DNA of 63,718 bases, counting the filler, from Octopus bimaculoides (Eukaryota), in the NCBI RefSeq assembly GCF_001194135.2. It is 3 parts of 3 records of this genome, joined end to end, with 100 filler letters (N's around TTAATTAATTAA, not from the genome) between each part and the next. Parts side by side here need not be neighbours in the genome. Positions count along the whole stretch, not along the records: positions 1 to 28,030 come from NC_068997.1; 2 more parts are not named here. One strand, given 5' to 3'. Positions 11,748 through 24,099 of the stretch are shown piece after piece. The notes under the pieces were generated by a model, which was given only the letters and a program-made list of their open reading frames with translations, did no database searches and had not been told where the DNA came from. Position 1 is the first letter of the stretch. Each line of letters begins with the position of its first letter. A program made the position numbers and the translations under genes.

Positions 11748-12192
11748 AAATTCAAATTGCGATGAACGTAAACAAACAAACGAAGTTTGCTTTTAGAGGC
11801 GTTGAGATGTCTTAGAAAGCTAAGGAAGTGATTTTAAATTCTCAAACGCAGGGATAATGCTAATATAGCCTGAACAGGGTAAGCTATCCCTATTTTGCAG
11901 AAAAACAGTGTTGGCAGCCAGCTATGAGACTCGAACTCACACATCCGTGATTACGCATCACGGTGCTCTAGACCAATTATGCAAAAATTCCCGCACCACA
12001 CATTGTCTTGCAAATTTAAGATGTATAGAAATCTCGCTTTATGAGATGCTATCATAAGTTAAATTCAAATTACGATGAACGCAAACAAACAAACGAAGTT
12101 TGCCTTTAGAAGCGTTGAGATGTCTTAGAAAGTTAAAGAAGTGATTTTTAAATTCTCAAACGCAGGATAATGATAATAATATAGCCTGAACA
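11748..12192. repeat. 313-bp tandem repeat (about 1.4 units visible, gaps on both sides)
   Basis: aaattcaaatt(g/a)cgatgaacg...atagcctgaaca recurs at 11748 and 12061. Confidence 0.9.
11916..11991 (-). tRNA. tRNA-like pseudogene or Pol III cassette (CGT-centred loop, broken acceptor stem)
   Basis: A-box-like ttgcataattgg, anticodon-like arm ccgtga-tgcgtaa-tcacgg, T arm gtgag-ttcgagt-ctcat, T5 run shortly downstream; 5' and 3' ends do not pair. Confidence 0.6.
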
Positions 12193-12982
12193 NNNNNNNN
12201 NNNNNNNNNNNNNNNNNNNNNNNNNNNNNNNNNNNNNNNNNNNNNNNNNNNNNNNNNNNNNNNNNNNNNNNNNNNNNNNNNNNNNNNNNNNNNNNNNNNN
12301 NNNNNNNNNNNNNNNNNNNNNNNNNNNNNNNNNNNNNNNNNNNNNNNNNNNNNNNNNNNNNNNNNNNNNNNNNNNNNNNNNNNNNNNNNNNNNNNNNNNN
12401 NNNNNNNNNNNNNNNNNNNNNNNNNNNNNNNNNNNNNNNNNNNNNNNNNNNNNNNNNNNNNNNNNNNNNNNNNNNNNNNNNNNNNNNNNNNNNNNNNNNN
12501 NNNNNNNNNNNNNNNNNNNNNNNNNNNNNNNNNNNNNNNNNNNNNNNNNNNNNNNNNNNNNNNNNNNNNNNNNNAGGTATTGGTGTCAAGAAGACCCTTT
12601 ATAAATGTTCTGAAAACTATTTACAGCCTTGGATTTTTTTTCTCATTCTGTCAATACACACACACACACACACACACACATCATATACATCAGTTATAGC
12701 CATTCGGTGTTTAAACATTTCTATTGTACTTTTATAATTGAATATTAATTAAGAATCTTTATAAAAATTGTTAAAATATTTGTTGTATTGTGGACATACA
12801 ACCAATTTATTGCACATAAACATTACTGGTCTAAAGCACAATTTTTTCATGGCCCCTGAAAAATTACCTGGACCCCAATTTACTCTATTGCATCCGTGGA
12901 CCTCACCAAAATTTTAAATGGACCCCAATTGAGAACTCGTTAACTCATTAAACTCTACCTTCTTGTGTGTGAATGTATGTTT

Positions 12983-13213
12983 CTTATTTCTTTATTGCCC
13001 ACAAGGGGCTAAACATAGAGGGGACAAACGAGGACAGACAGAGTGATTAAGTCGATTACATCGACTCTAGTGCGTAACTGGTACTTAATTTATCGACCCC
13101 GAAAGGGTGAAAGGCAAAGTCAACCTCGGCAGAATTTGAACTCAGAACGTAACGGCAGACGAAATACCTTTAAGCATTTCGCCCGGCGTACTAACGTTTC
13201 TGCCAGCTCGCCG
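12983..13213 (-). mobile_element. SINE family C, full length, with 15-bp TSD
   Basis: TSD tgtgaatgtatgttt at 12968-12982 and 13214-13228; head cggcgagctggcagaaacgttag, B-box gagttcaaattc. Confidence 0.95.
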
Positions 13214-14226
13214 TGTGAATGTATGTTTGTTTGTGTGGATGCTTTTCCCTGTTATACGGAAATACGTGAGTATATGTTTATTCATTGGTAGTATTTTACT
13301 TGAAACTTTCACTTATATGGGTATGTATGTGTATATGTATGTGTATATGTATGTGTATATGTGTTTGCGCAGATGCTTGCCTGCATTTCTTTGTGTGTAC
13401 GATTTACATTGCAACATGGGGGAAAAACATACACGCATATTCTCTAATCCTACCTCATCTCACACCACCACCTCACCACCCTGTTTAGTAACTGAATTCA
13501 CACACATACTTGTTCACACTTTACACCCATTTTCACTTCCTACATGCTGAAAGAAGAAAATAAAAGACTTTAAATATATATCTTAAAATGCTGATTTTTC
13601 TGTGGCCAAAAATTCTTCAAGCTAGTGCCCCAGCATGGCAGCAATCCAATGACTGAAAAAAAAAAAAAAAATATTTAGGAAAAAATAGAATTTTAGAAAA
13701 AAAAAAATTGAGGGGGTTTTAAAAAAATTTCAAGAGATTTGGCTGTTGTTTCTAGGATGTGGAGATAGCTTCTTGGCTTAACTTCATGCACTGGTTGAAA
13801 ATCATTAAAAAGCATTCTGGGATCGTTACATTTGACTAAAAATTCCTCAAGGTGGTGCTGCAGCATGGCTGCAGTCTAATGTCTGAAACAAGTAAAAGGT
13901 GAAAAAAACGAAAAAATAATCAAAAAATATAACTGGGGCTTTTGTCCATTTTCATACTTTAACTATGGGGCATTTGTCTGAGGGGATTTTCTTCTACACT
14001 CTCAACTCACACATATGAACATACACCTTACATACACACGCAAACACAAATGTGTACCCTAACCATACATATTCTTCTTACACACTCGTGCATATGTCTT
14101 GTATTAGTTCTTGACTGTTTTTTTTGTTTTTTTTTTTCTCATTTATTAAAAATGACCTATTATATATTTGTGAGTTGAAACTTTTAATTTGTAGCACAGG
14201 TGTTTAGTTTAGTTTGGTAATAGTTG

Positions 14227-14537
14227 AAGGCACGCGGCTTAGTGGTTAGGGCATTCGGCTCACGATCGTGAGTTCAATTCCCGGCGACACGTATCCTTGG
14301 GCAAGACACTTTATTTCACGTTGCTCCAGTCCACTCAGCTGGCAAAAATGAGTAGTACCTGTATTTCAAAGGGCCGGCTTTGTCACACTCTGTGTCACGC
14401 TGAATCTTCCTGAGAACTACATTAAGGGTACACGTGTCTGTGGAGTGCTCAGTCACTTGCACGTTAATTTCACGAGCAAGCTGTTCCGTTAATCGTATCA
14501 ACTGGAACTCTCGTCGCCGTAACCAACGGAGTGCTCC
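14227..14537 (+). mobile_element. SINE with CORE-like centre and family E tail; 8-bp TSD
   Basis: tRNA head ggcttagtggttagggc...gagttcaattccc; ccttgggcaagacactttatttcacgttgctccagtccactcagctg; TSD aatagttg. Confidence 0.9.
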
Positions 14538-15163
14538 AATAGTTGCCATTCTAATATGCATTTACAGGAATTTTTCAAATAAAATTATTTTACTGTAAAT
14601 GCAATTGTTAAAGTTATCTCTACAGATATAACAGTTTAAAGGATAAGCACATTACAATGGATAATACTAGGTGGACTTTTCCTTTTTCTCTCTCTTTTTC
14701 TTTTTTCTTTGTGATGTAATCTTGGGACTGAAAATGTTTGCGGCTGAAGATAGCTTTAAACCATCCTTTCTATCAATTATATACTCATATAATGATGCAA
14801 CAACTGTTTGTGTATAAAGCTTGAAACACGTGTACCGCGGAATCCTTTGTGTTCTGTTTTCATTTTTCGTTTTTACGTCTTAATATATTCTTTCACCTCG
14901 GCCACCATATACAGGTGCTTACAATTATCAATTATTACCTCTAAAATTTGCTATATCTACAGATTTGCGATAGAAATTATAACCAGCACTGATTTTGTGA
15001 CTACGTTTTGTATCTTAAGACACCAGATGTAAATAAACAATGAGATCAAAGATGAAAATGGGTAATGGACATATAATGACATATTCAGGAGTTTTTGCTT
15101 CTTCCTAAGCACCCAACCACCTACTAATCATCCATGAACTCATTGGTTAAATATCCTCTAAAC

Positions 15164-15421
15164 CAGTGGTTCCCAAAGTGGGTGGTATTGCCCCCCTGGA
15201 GGCAGTGGAAATTTCTAAGGGGGTGTTGAAGAAAAGCGGGGCATGTAAAAACAACAAAATAATGGGTTCATTAGGTTAAGTTTTATTTGTGAAATACAAT
15301 TGCTTTGAATTTACTTCAGAAAGAAGTCTATGTTTGTGATGGTTAGTTGGGGTGGGGGGGCACTAGGAATGTGGCCCAGGTGTCAAGGAGGTGGCAGCCT
15401 GAAAATGTTTGGGAACCACTG
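15164..15421. mobile_element. hAT (Charlie-like) MITE, 258 bp
   Basis: TIR cagtggttcccaaa/tttgggaaccactg; 8-bp TSD ctctaaac/cactaaac. Confidence 0.9.
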
Positions 15422-15782
15422 CACTAAACATAGTGGTGTAACATTATTGGATATAACGATTTTACATATTAAACACATTCCTGGAAGTGGTACATAAATA
15501 TCGATGACTTGTAGGGATATTGTATTTCATTATGCAACCATAATATGCTACAAAGTATATTAAATATTTTTATAAATCAATACTGTGTTCTGTGTTAGCA
15601 GTGCTATTACATTATTTGTTAAGGTCATCTCTACAGATTTTCTATAGAAATTATAACCAGCACTGATTCTGTTATGACTTTTCGTATCCAAGACACCAGA
15701 TCTAAACAAACAATGAGTATATTATGGTTGCATAACGAAATACCATGTCCCTACAAATTATTAATATGTAAATGCAGTGTTG

Positions 15783-15821
<39 letters not shown>

Positions 15822-15840
15822 ATGCATGCANNNNNNNNNN

Positions 15841-15878
<38 letters not shown>

Positions 15879-15934
15879 TTTGTGTATAGAAATTAAGTTT
15901 CCATGTAGAATAATATCTGGAATTTCTCTTTTAG

Positions 15935-15969
15935 GTAATCCTGAGATGGCAGCACTTTCTGTTGGAAAG
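15935..15969 (+). CDS. Plus-strand small exon candidate (35 nt, phase 1/0): (G)NPEMAALSVGK
   Basis: tttctcttttag acceptor and aag|gtaaga donor, both near consensus. Confidence 0.45.
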
Positions 15970-16143
15970 GTAAGAGAAATTTCTTCGTTTCTTCATTTGT
16001 AGTTGTTTAGGAATTTTCACTTTGATGATGACAATGACGATGACCACCACCATCATTATCATCATCATCATCATTGTGAAATCCCTTGTAGTTGAATAAA
16101 AATTCTCAAAATAGAGTACATGCTTCAGTGTAGTGAAACACAC

Positions 16144-16185
16144 TTCATTTAAAGCAGTAAATTCTTCATTATAATGGGGTGCAAT
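16144..16185 (-). CDS. Weak exon candidate (42 nt, 0/0): IAPHYNEEFTALNE
   Basis: Strong ttaactattttacag acceptor, weak gaa|gtgtgt donor; only phase 0 is open. Confidence 0.25.
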
Positions 16186-16540
16186 CTGTAAAATAGTTAA
16201 TGGTTAATGTTATTGGAATTTTTCTAATAAAACTGTGTAAGGTGTTAGGAAGGGCATCCAACCACCCCCACCCCCACCCCCAGAAAAAGAAAAAANNNNN
16301 NNNNNNNNNNNNNNNNNNNNNNNNNNNNNNNNNNNNNNNNNNNNNNNNNNNNNNNNNNNNNNNNNNNNNNNNNNNNNNNNNNNNNNNNNNNNNNNNNNNN
16401 NNNNNNNNNNNNNCAATTATCTTGGATGAAGTAAATCTGAACAAGAACTGACTCAGTCTGCAACAGCAGTGTCCATACTATGCCAGCATGGAAAGCAAAT
16501 ATAAAAAATGATAGTAATGACGACAAAGATGATGATTATT

Positions 16541-16596
<56 letters not shown>

Positions 16597-17978
16597 GAAT
16601 GGAATCTTTCTAAGTTACATGTGACATATTCATAATGATGGTATCTATGTGTGCATGAATGACAAGTTTGGTATGATATGGCAGGACTAATAACCCAATC
16701 AACACAGCTGTCGGGGGTGTCTCTAATTAGAGGCAAAGTTCCAATGGCATGGCTTACTGAAATAATTGGGACTCTAGTTTGAAGTGATACAGCACCAGCT
16801 ATTGCAAAGAATCAGAGACCTTTGTGACACTTGGTTATTGACACTGTACTGTACGTAGGATGGAAGCGGAAAATGAACCATCGATCGATCCGTCTACATC
16901 TGATATTTTGAAAATTTTATTAACTCTGCAAGCTGTGACTCTATATGCCATTTGGTGAGCAGTTATTGTTAGTAAACACATGCAAAAAAGGGTGAGGTGA
17001 AATTAATATTGTCAGTGGTATATTAAAATCGGTTTGGAAGTTTATTGGAATGAAAGTTAATTAAATATTGGCTTTTTGGTCATTTTATTTGGATTTTGAT
17101 TTTTAAATGACAGTTTTTATTTATTTTTATTTGTTTTAATTTCTCATGTATTTATTATTCCCATTTCTTATTTTAGTTTATTTATTTATTATTGTGATTT
17201 ATTATTCATTTGTTTGGTGAAAGACTAAGTTGATTGGTAACATGCTGCAAAGCAAACCTGTTGAACTCATACATGAACGTGGATAAACAGATGTTGAAGC
17301 ATAACCATGTTATATATGTTAGGTATTTAGGTTTCATAGTTTCCCAGGTGCCTTTGTACAATGCTTCCAAATGCCTGGACATGTCTTTTTTGTTGTGCTT
17401 TTTTTGTGTGTGTTTTTGTTCTTTCTGTTATTGATTATAGCCAAATGTTACTTTTCACATGAGCCATTTGACAAAAAGTTGGCCATTAGAACAGTTTTTT
17501 TTTCCACGTAGTCATTGGATTTCCTCCTCTCATTTCATTTTTGTTTTATATTCATTTCTTGTGCTTCAGTTAACACATGGCAAAGATTGTAAAAGATTTT
17601 GTGATATTATTCAGTTAGATGTCAGTGGGCGGTATTGTTGGGATAGAAGTAGGTTTGGGTTATTGTTGAGATAAAAGCAGGAATGTAGTATTATTGAAGT
17701 AAAGGTAGATCTGAGCTATTATTGGGATAAAATGGGTAAGTATTGTTGAGGCAGAAGTAGTTTTTGGTATTTTTGAGGTAGAGGTAAGACTATGGTGTTA
17801 GTTGTACAAAATCAGTTAAAACTGTTTGATAAATCTAATCGGACGAGGATCTCACTGTACACATCTTTTAATATATCAACTCTTTGTAAAAGATTATCGG
17901 TATGTTAGGTGAGATGGCATTGTATTTTGTCCTGCCTTTCAAAATGCTGTTTTATATACATATATTTTCCCATCTCTC

Positions 17979-18009
<31 letters not shown>

Positions 18010-18012
18010 TAT

Positions 18013-18436
18013 CTGAACGTGGTTGATGTCAGTGTCTCCTGACTGGCTCCCATGCTGGTGGCATGTAAAAAACACCATCCAAACACAGTCGATGCCAGGT
18101 CCGCCTGACTGGCTCCCATATGCTAGTGGCACGTAAAAAGCACCATCCAAACACGGTCGATGCCAGTATCACCTGACTCGCTCCCGTGCCAGTAGCACAT
18201 AAAAAGCATTATCGATGCCAGGACTGCCTGACTGGCTCTTGTGCCAGTGGTACATAAAAGGCACCCACTACACTCTCGGAGTGGTTGGTGTTAGGAAGGA
18301 TATCCAGCTGTAGAAACATTGCCAGATCAGATTCAAGCCTGGTGCAGCCACTGGCTCTCCAGACCTCAGTCAAATCATCCAACCCATGCCAACATGGAAA
18401 ATGGACATTAAACGATGATGATGATGATGATGATGA
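18013..18436 (+). mobile_element. SINE/RTE-tail family B with internal ~60-bp tandem units and (GAT)n tail
   Basis: Four gatgccag...cctgactggctcc...aaaagcacc units, then ggttggtgttaggaagg...catggaaaatggacattaaacgatgatg. Confidence 0.85.
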
Positions 18437-18476
18437 TATATCATCATCATCATCATCATCATCATCGTTTAACGTC

Positions 18477-18515
<39 letters not shown>

Positions 18516-18584
18516 CTGTTGCCTGTCAGTGAGATTAGCTGAAAGAATCTCTTTAGAAAGCACAATGTCACAAGACTTGATGGT

Positions 18585-18830
18585 TCTTCTTGTTTAGCCC
18601 TGAGTCAACTCTAATCAAGCAGACCTTTTGATGAAAGGGATCCTAGTCATGACCATCACTTCTTTTTTCAACTATTGTGCATCTAAAATTCATACCTATC
18701 CAATAAGTCTCTTCATCTCTTTTTTGTTTTTTTGAAAATTTTTTTATGTGCGTCTTGATTTGAAGAACTTTGTTTTCAAAATGTAATTGAAAGAGAATTT
18801 AACTGCTATTTTTAATCAGTTGAGTGACCC
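18585..18830 (-). mobile_element. SINE family D, degenerate (related pieces near 19230, 29080, 32540, 36220)
   Basis: tgtttagccc...tcaagcagacct...catgaccatc...atttaactgctattt shared among copies. Confidence 0.6.
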
Positions 18831-19784
18831 CATTAATATAAGCTTGGTTAAGACTTTTTTTAATCTCTGTAGTCTTATATGTAAACAATATAAATATCTC
18901 CTAAGTCTCAAGTGACTAAGTGATTTTTGAAGTGGACGAGTGATAAATTTGCCCTTCCCCCATTCTCGAGAGGTCACTAGTTTCTCATGTATAATGTTTC
19001 AAGATAATTTTGAATCTATTCTCACTATTCAAAACCAAATGAAGCATTTTGTGAAGGAGTACAACAAAATGCTTAAAGTGGCTTTGAACTCATAACTTTT
19101 GAGCTGTTAGTGCTAATAGCTTATAAACTCAACTTTTTTGTGTGGAGAAGTTGGAACAGGAGTGTGAAGCAAAAGATTTGGATTATTGACTTTCTTGTAA
19201 TGAGTTCAATCTTTACTATGTTATTGCTTTTGTAGTTGTTTAACCCCAGGCCAAATAAGGCCGACCTCTTATTAAATACATCCTATTTGTGACCATCTCA
19301 TCTTTTTGTATATCAGTAATAACGTCTTGTGTGTTCTTCTTTATTTACCTTGATGCTTAGCTAGTTTTCAGCCAGTATTGACCCAGGCCACATGTAACTT
19401 AATAGCACCACCGGAAGAAGACATTTCATCATGCTTCATGTTACAGCCATACTTTGGACACTATTGGAGTAAAGAGTTATTGTTTGTAGAGATATATCTT
19501 AGTGTAGGTGGTTTATTTGGAATATTTTGGAGGAATTAATCCAATAATCATTTAAATGTTATGAGGTCTTTTTTTCTTTTCCTTATGTATATTGGCACGA
19601 TGTTGAAGAATGTAGGGCCAGTTGAAATGAAACAGTTCTGCCTTAGGGCTGTGGTGTGATGTGAGCTCAGTTTTGTAAAGTTTGGATGGTGTGGGGATCA
19701 GGTGTTGGGTGAATTTGGCAGAATCATTAGAGTCTCTGAAAAAGTACTTTGTGGCATTTCTTCTGTTTTTTTTTTTTTTTATAT

Positions 19785-19925
19785 TCTGAGTTCAAATTCT
19801 ACTGAGGTTAATGTTACCTTTCATCTTTTTGGGTTTGATAAAATATAGACTAGTTATGTACTGGGGGTCAATGTAATTGACTAACCTCCTCCTCCAAAAT
19901 GTTGGACCTTGTGCTTATAATACAA
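19785..19925 (+). mobile_element. SINE family C fragment followed by (TTC)n(TTA)n
   Basis: ttctgagttcaaattctactgagg...cctttcatc...ggaccttgtgc. Confidence 0.8.
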
Positions 19926-19991
19926 AGAATTCTTCTTCTTCTTCTTCTTCTTCTTCTTCTTCTTCTTCTTCTTCTTCTTCTTCTTCTTCTT

Positions 19992-20019
<28 letters not shown>

Positions 20020-20022
<3 letters not shown>

Positions 20023-20420
20023 TTATTATTATTATTATTATTATTATGTAAATCTTCAATATATGATAGATTGAGGCAAATTTGTACTGCATCACCTGCT
20101 ACACTTATGTGTTGCTGGGGTGTGTGCAACATTGTGTGTTCTTTTCTGCTGTTGGGTGTGTGTAAACTCTTCCTGGTACTGCATTGTGTTAGTGTTTTTT
20201 TTTTTTTCCTTGAGGTCTGATACTGTCTTTTGTTGTGTTACTGCTTGTATTGTGTGTTAAGTATGTAATGCTTTGCTTTTTTGGCTTGCTGGTGGGAATT
20301 TATTTCACTGGGTAGATGCTGTATAGAGTGTGTCTAGTATTTGTGGGTTGTTTTGTTTATGTTGTATTATTGGATTGATAGTGTCTTGCTTAGGATGTGG
20401 GCTGTTCCTAGCAAGGCTAT
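20020..20420 (-). mobile_element. R4/Dong LINE 3' end with 3' UTR and (AAT)n tail
   Basis: IALLGTAHILSKTLSIQ-stop on the minus strand, then UTR running into the AAT repeat. Confidence 0.75.
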
Positions 20421-20421
20421 T

Positions 20422-20774
20422 TAAAAGCATAGGACAAACTATTACTTCAAGTAAAGCAAAAAGTAAGAAACTTTTTACTTAAACTATTGCAGCTAAAATT
20501 AAAATTTGAATATTAAGAAATATTTTATTATAGTTTACAAATAATACTATACTTATTTAAGTAAAATTTGGCTAATTTACTACCTTAAATACAGAAAAAG
20601 GTGACTAATTAGACAAACTTACAAATTAGCTGAACAGTTTTGTACAATAAATTTAAAAGATGAGAACTGTAAAGTGATAAATTAGAAGAACCGGCATTCT
20701 TTGCTGCAATATTTTAAGTAAAAAGTTTCTTATTCTGTACTTTACTAGAAGTAATAGCCTGTCCTATACTTTTA
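20422..20774. mobile_element. Inverted-repeat (MITE-like) element with ~75-bp arms
   Basis: taaaagcataggac...ctttttacttaaactattgcagc versus its reverse complement at about 20700-20774. Confidence 0.75.
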
Positions 20775-20879
20775 GAGGTGTAATAACTTGTCCTGTACTT
20801 TTCTAGGTTTATCATCTTAAGATTGTTACTTTTCATGCTTGCGTTTTTCCATGTAATATAAATATGTGTGCATGTATGT

Positions 20880-21120
20880 ATGTTTGTGTATGTCTTTGTG
20901 TCTGTGTTTATCCCCACCATCATTGCTTGACAACTGGTGTTGGTGTGTTTACATCCCCATAATTTAGTGGTTTGGCAAAAGAAACCAATAGAATAAGTAC
21001 TAGGTTTACAAAGAACAAGTCCTGAGGTGGATTTCTTTGACTAAAAAGACCATTTAAGGCAATGCTCCAGCATGGCTGCAGTCAAACGGAAACAAGTAAA
21101 AGAATAAAAGAATAAAGATT
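20880..21120 (+). mobile_element. SINE family A, 3' half
   Basis: cattgcttgacaac...gaataagtact...ctccagcatggctgcagtcaa...gtaaaagaataaaag. Confidence 0.85.
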
Positions 21121-21671
21121 AAAAACAAAAGAGAAAGAAAAAAATCTCAAAAAATGGAAAAAGAAGAAAAAGAATGACAATTTTAAAATATTTGACAATG
21201 TCAATTTCCTTGAATAATATGCTAAAATGGTTGTTTATTAGGAAGGAGCCTGAATGTGATTGAAGAAAAATCAACAAATATGTCAGAATATATATATACA
21301 TTTGAAATGAAATGGTTTAAAAATTTTTGTCTCTTTCTATTAGAAATTTATTAAAATAAATATTGGACTGTAGTCTTGGGTATCATCCATCTCCATTTCC
21401 CACTCTCTTACATTACATATAGGTGTGTGGATGGGGAGGGGGTGTTCATATTTTTAAAAAATATTTAACTTCCTTCTACCATTCTATCTCTCTTTTCTCT
21501 ACCTATCTGCATCTCCTTTCTGGACAAACTCTGTGTGTATAAATATATCTATAAATACATGTGTTTGTATTTATATATATCTATATGTGTTTGTGTATCT
21601 TCTGTTTACTTCTTTCACCTTTGTTTCGCTTTCTCCTCCTCTTTATGTCATTCTCTCTCTATCTCTCTTTC

Positions 21672-21709
<38 letters not shown>

Positions 21710-21904
21710 TGTAGACATCTTTGAGACAAACTCTTCTTAGGCATTTCGTTTCATTTGCTTTCCTGATGACTTACCTTCTTTTTTCCTTTCTTTTTTCTTA
21801 TTTCATCCATTTTTCTCTGTATTGATATTAAGGTCAAAGGAAACTTAAAAACAGAAATAGTTACAACAACAACAATAGTTTATTCATTTGCTTTGGGAAT
21901 AATA

Positions 21905-22125
21905 ATAACAATGATTTCAAATTTTAGCACAAAGGCAGCAATTTCAGAGGAGAGGACTCGTCAATTACATTGACCCCAGTGTTTCACTGGTACTTATTTT
22001 ATCGAACCCTGAAAGGATGAAAGGCAAAGTCGACCTTGGTGGAATTTGAACTCAGAATGTGAAGACAGATGAAATACATTAAGCATTTTTCCCAAGCGTG
22101 CTAACAATTCTGCCAGCTTGCTGCC

Positions 22126-22128
<3 letters not shown>
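21905..22128 (-). mobile_element. SINE family C
   Basis: Reverse complement carries the ggcagcaagctggcagaattgttag head and the gtcgactttgcctttcatcctttc core. Confidence 0.9.
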
Positions 22129-22188
<60 letters not shown>

Positions 22189-23575
22189 NNNNNNNNNNNN
22201 NNNNNNNNNNNNNNNNNNNNNNNNNNNNNNNNNNNNNNNNNNNNNNNNNNNNNNNNNNNNNNNNNNNNNNNNNNNNNNNNNNNNNNNNNNNNNNNNNNNN
22301 NNNNNNNNNNNNNNNNNNNNNNNNNNNNNNNNNNNNNNNNNNNNNNNNNNNNNNNNNNNNNNNNNNNNNNNNNNNNNNNNNNNNNNNNNNNNNNNNNNNN
22401 NNNNNNNNNNNNNNNNNNNNNNNNNNNNNNNNNNNNNNNNNNNNNNNNNNNNNNNNNNNNNNNNNNNNNNNNNNNNNNNNNNNNNNNNNNNNNNNNNNNN
22501 NNNNNNNNNNNNNNNNNNNNNNNNNNNNNNNNNNNNNNNNNNNNNNNNNNNNNNNNNNNNNNNNNNNNNNNNNNNNNNNNNNNNNNNNNNNNNNNNNNNN
22601 NNNNNNNNNNNNNNNNNNNNNNNNNNNNNNNNNNNNNNNNNNNNNNNNNNNNNNNNNNNNNNNNNNNNNNNNNNNNNNNNNNNNNNNNNNNNNNNNNNNN
22701 NNNNNNNNNNNNNNNNNNNNNNNNNNNNNNNNNNNNNNNNNNNNNNNNNNNNNNNNNNNNNNNNNNNNNNNATATATTGCTATATTGCTATATTTGGGGA
22801 TGGTCATATATACTTGAACTATATACTTGGTCTTCACTTCAGCTTTATTATTATTCTTATTTTACTGTCCTTTGTCTGAAATCTTTCATCACACATCCTG
22901 TGATCTCTTCATGATATATATTACGTAGTTGAGTAGTATGTCTTTGTTTATGACTGGCTAGAAAGTTACCACTGGTTTTGCACCTACTATTGCACTTGGC
23001 AATGTAGACGAACTCCTCGAACCTGCTGGCCAGAAGCACACACCCTCTTTACTAATGGAGGTAAAAATAGTCTCGATCAGTTTGGTGGTGAAAATAGCCC
23101 ATTCTGAAAGGGACAGTTACTTTCCCTTGGATGCTTTTAGCAATACTAAAATGAGTCAGCTTGTGTCCATTTCTTTTTTTTTTGTTCATCATCATTTGAC
23201 ATCCAAGACAGTTTGACAGGATCCAACATGTCCAAGGACTCCAGTGTCTCTGTTGTTTCTATGGCTATATGCCGTCCCTAATACCAACCCCTTCATTGTG
23301 TGTACTGGGTGCTTTTGCATAGCACCAGCACTAGTGAGGTTACCATGCAGCTTGCAAGACTGTGCTAGGAGATGAGGAGTAGAGGAGGAGTAAAGAATAA
23401 GAGACACAAGCCAAAGCAGAATAGATTTCTTGGTGTAGAAATGCTGTATGGCTACTCACATTTTAAAAGATAAGATATGAGTGATAAGATGAAGCTAAAA
23501 AGTGATAAAGCAGTGATGAAGTTGAGCAGTAGATAAGTTGTTTTGCAGTGTGGCCTTGTCAGATGACAGTTAACT

Positions 23576-23800
23576 TGAACCCTTTCACATTCAGATCACC
23601 ATCTCAAATGTAATACATATTTATTTGCATTATTTTGAATTAATCATGCATTACCGTGTAGCTTTGAAATTTTGATGATGTGGGCTGTTTATTTTTAGAA
23701 TGACATTGAAGGGTATGTATGAGAAGTCAGATCTAGTTGGTCTGAACATTAAATAGGATACTGGAGTCAGATATGGTTGGTTTAAATACCAAAGGGTTAA
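23576..23800 (-). mobile_element. piggyBac-type MITE, solo copy (about 225 bp)
   Basis: Ends ccctt.../...aaagggttaa with a TTAA-like flank; reverse complement of the unit at 54407-55853. Confidence 0.8.
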
Positions 23801-24099
23801 TGTTTCCTTAGTAGATGATAGTTAACCTCAATGTGGCTTTCCAACATAATGTTCTCACTTCTGATCTATTACATTACATTACAGCATTTATTACGTGTTG
23901 TTGCCAAATTTTAAAGATGGTAAATTGTTTAGTAATGGAGATTTATTTGCAATGCTGAGAAGTTACTGTGGCTATGAAAGAACTCTCTCATTTACTTCTC
24001 TTGTTCAGACTGTTTGTCATGTTTGTTTATATTATATATTTTTGTCAATCTTTTATCATTTACTCTTTTTCTTCTTCTCTTTTATTCTTTTACTTTTTT

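Noticed and set aside
18013-18260. Repeat units resembling a CRISPR array
   Set aside because: The units are contiguous diverged tandem copies without unique spacers, there are no cas genes, and the context is a eukaryotic SINE
22860-23180. Unique-looking block with 50-60-codon open frames
   Set aside because: No recognisable motif or consistent splice sites, so it cannot be supported as gene or TE
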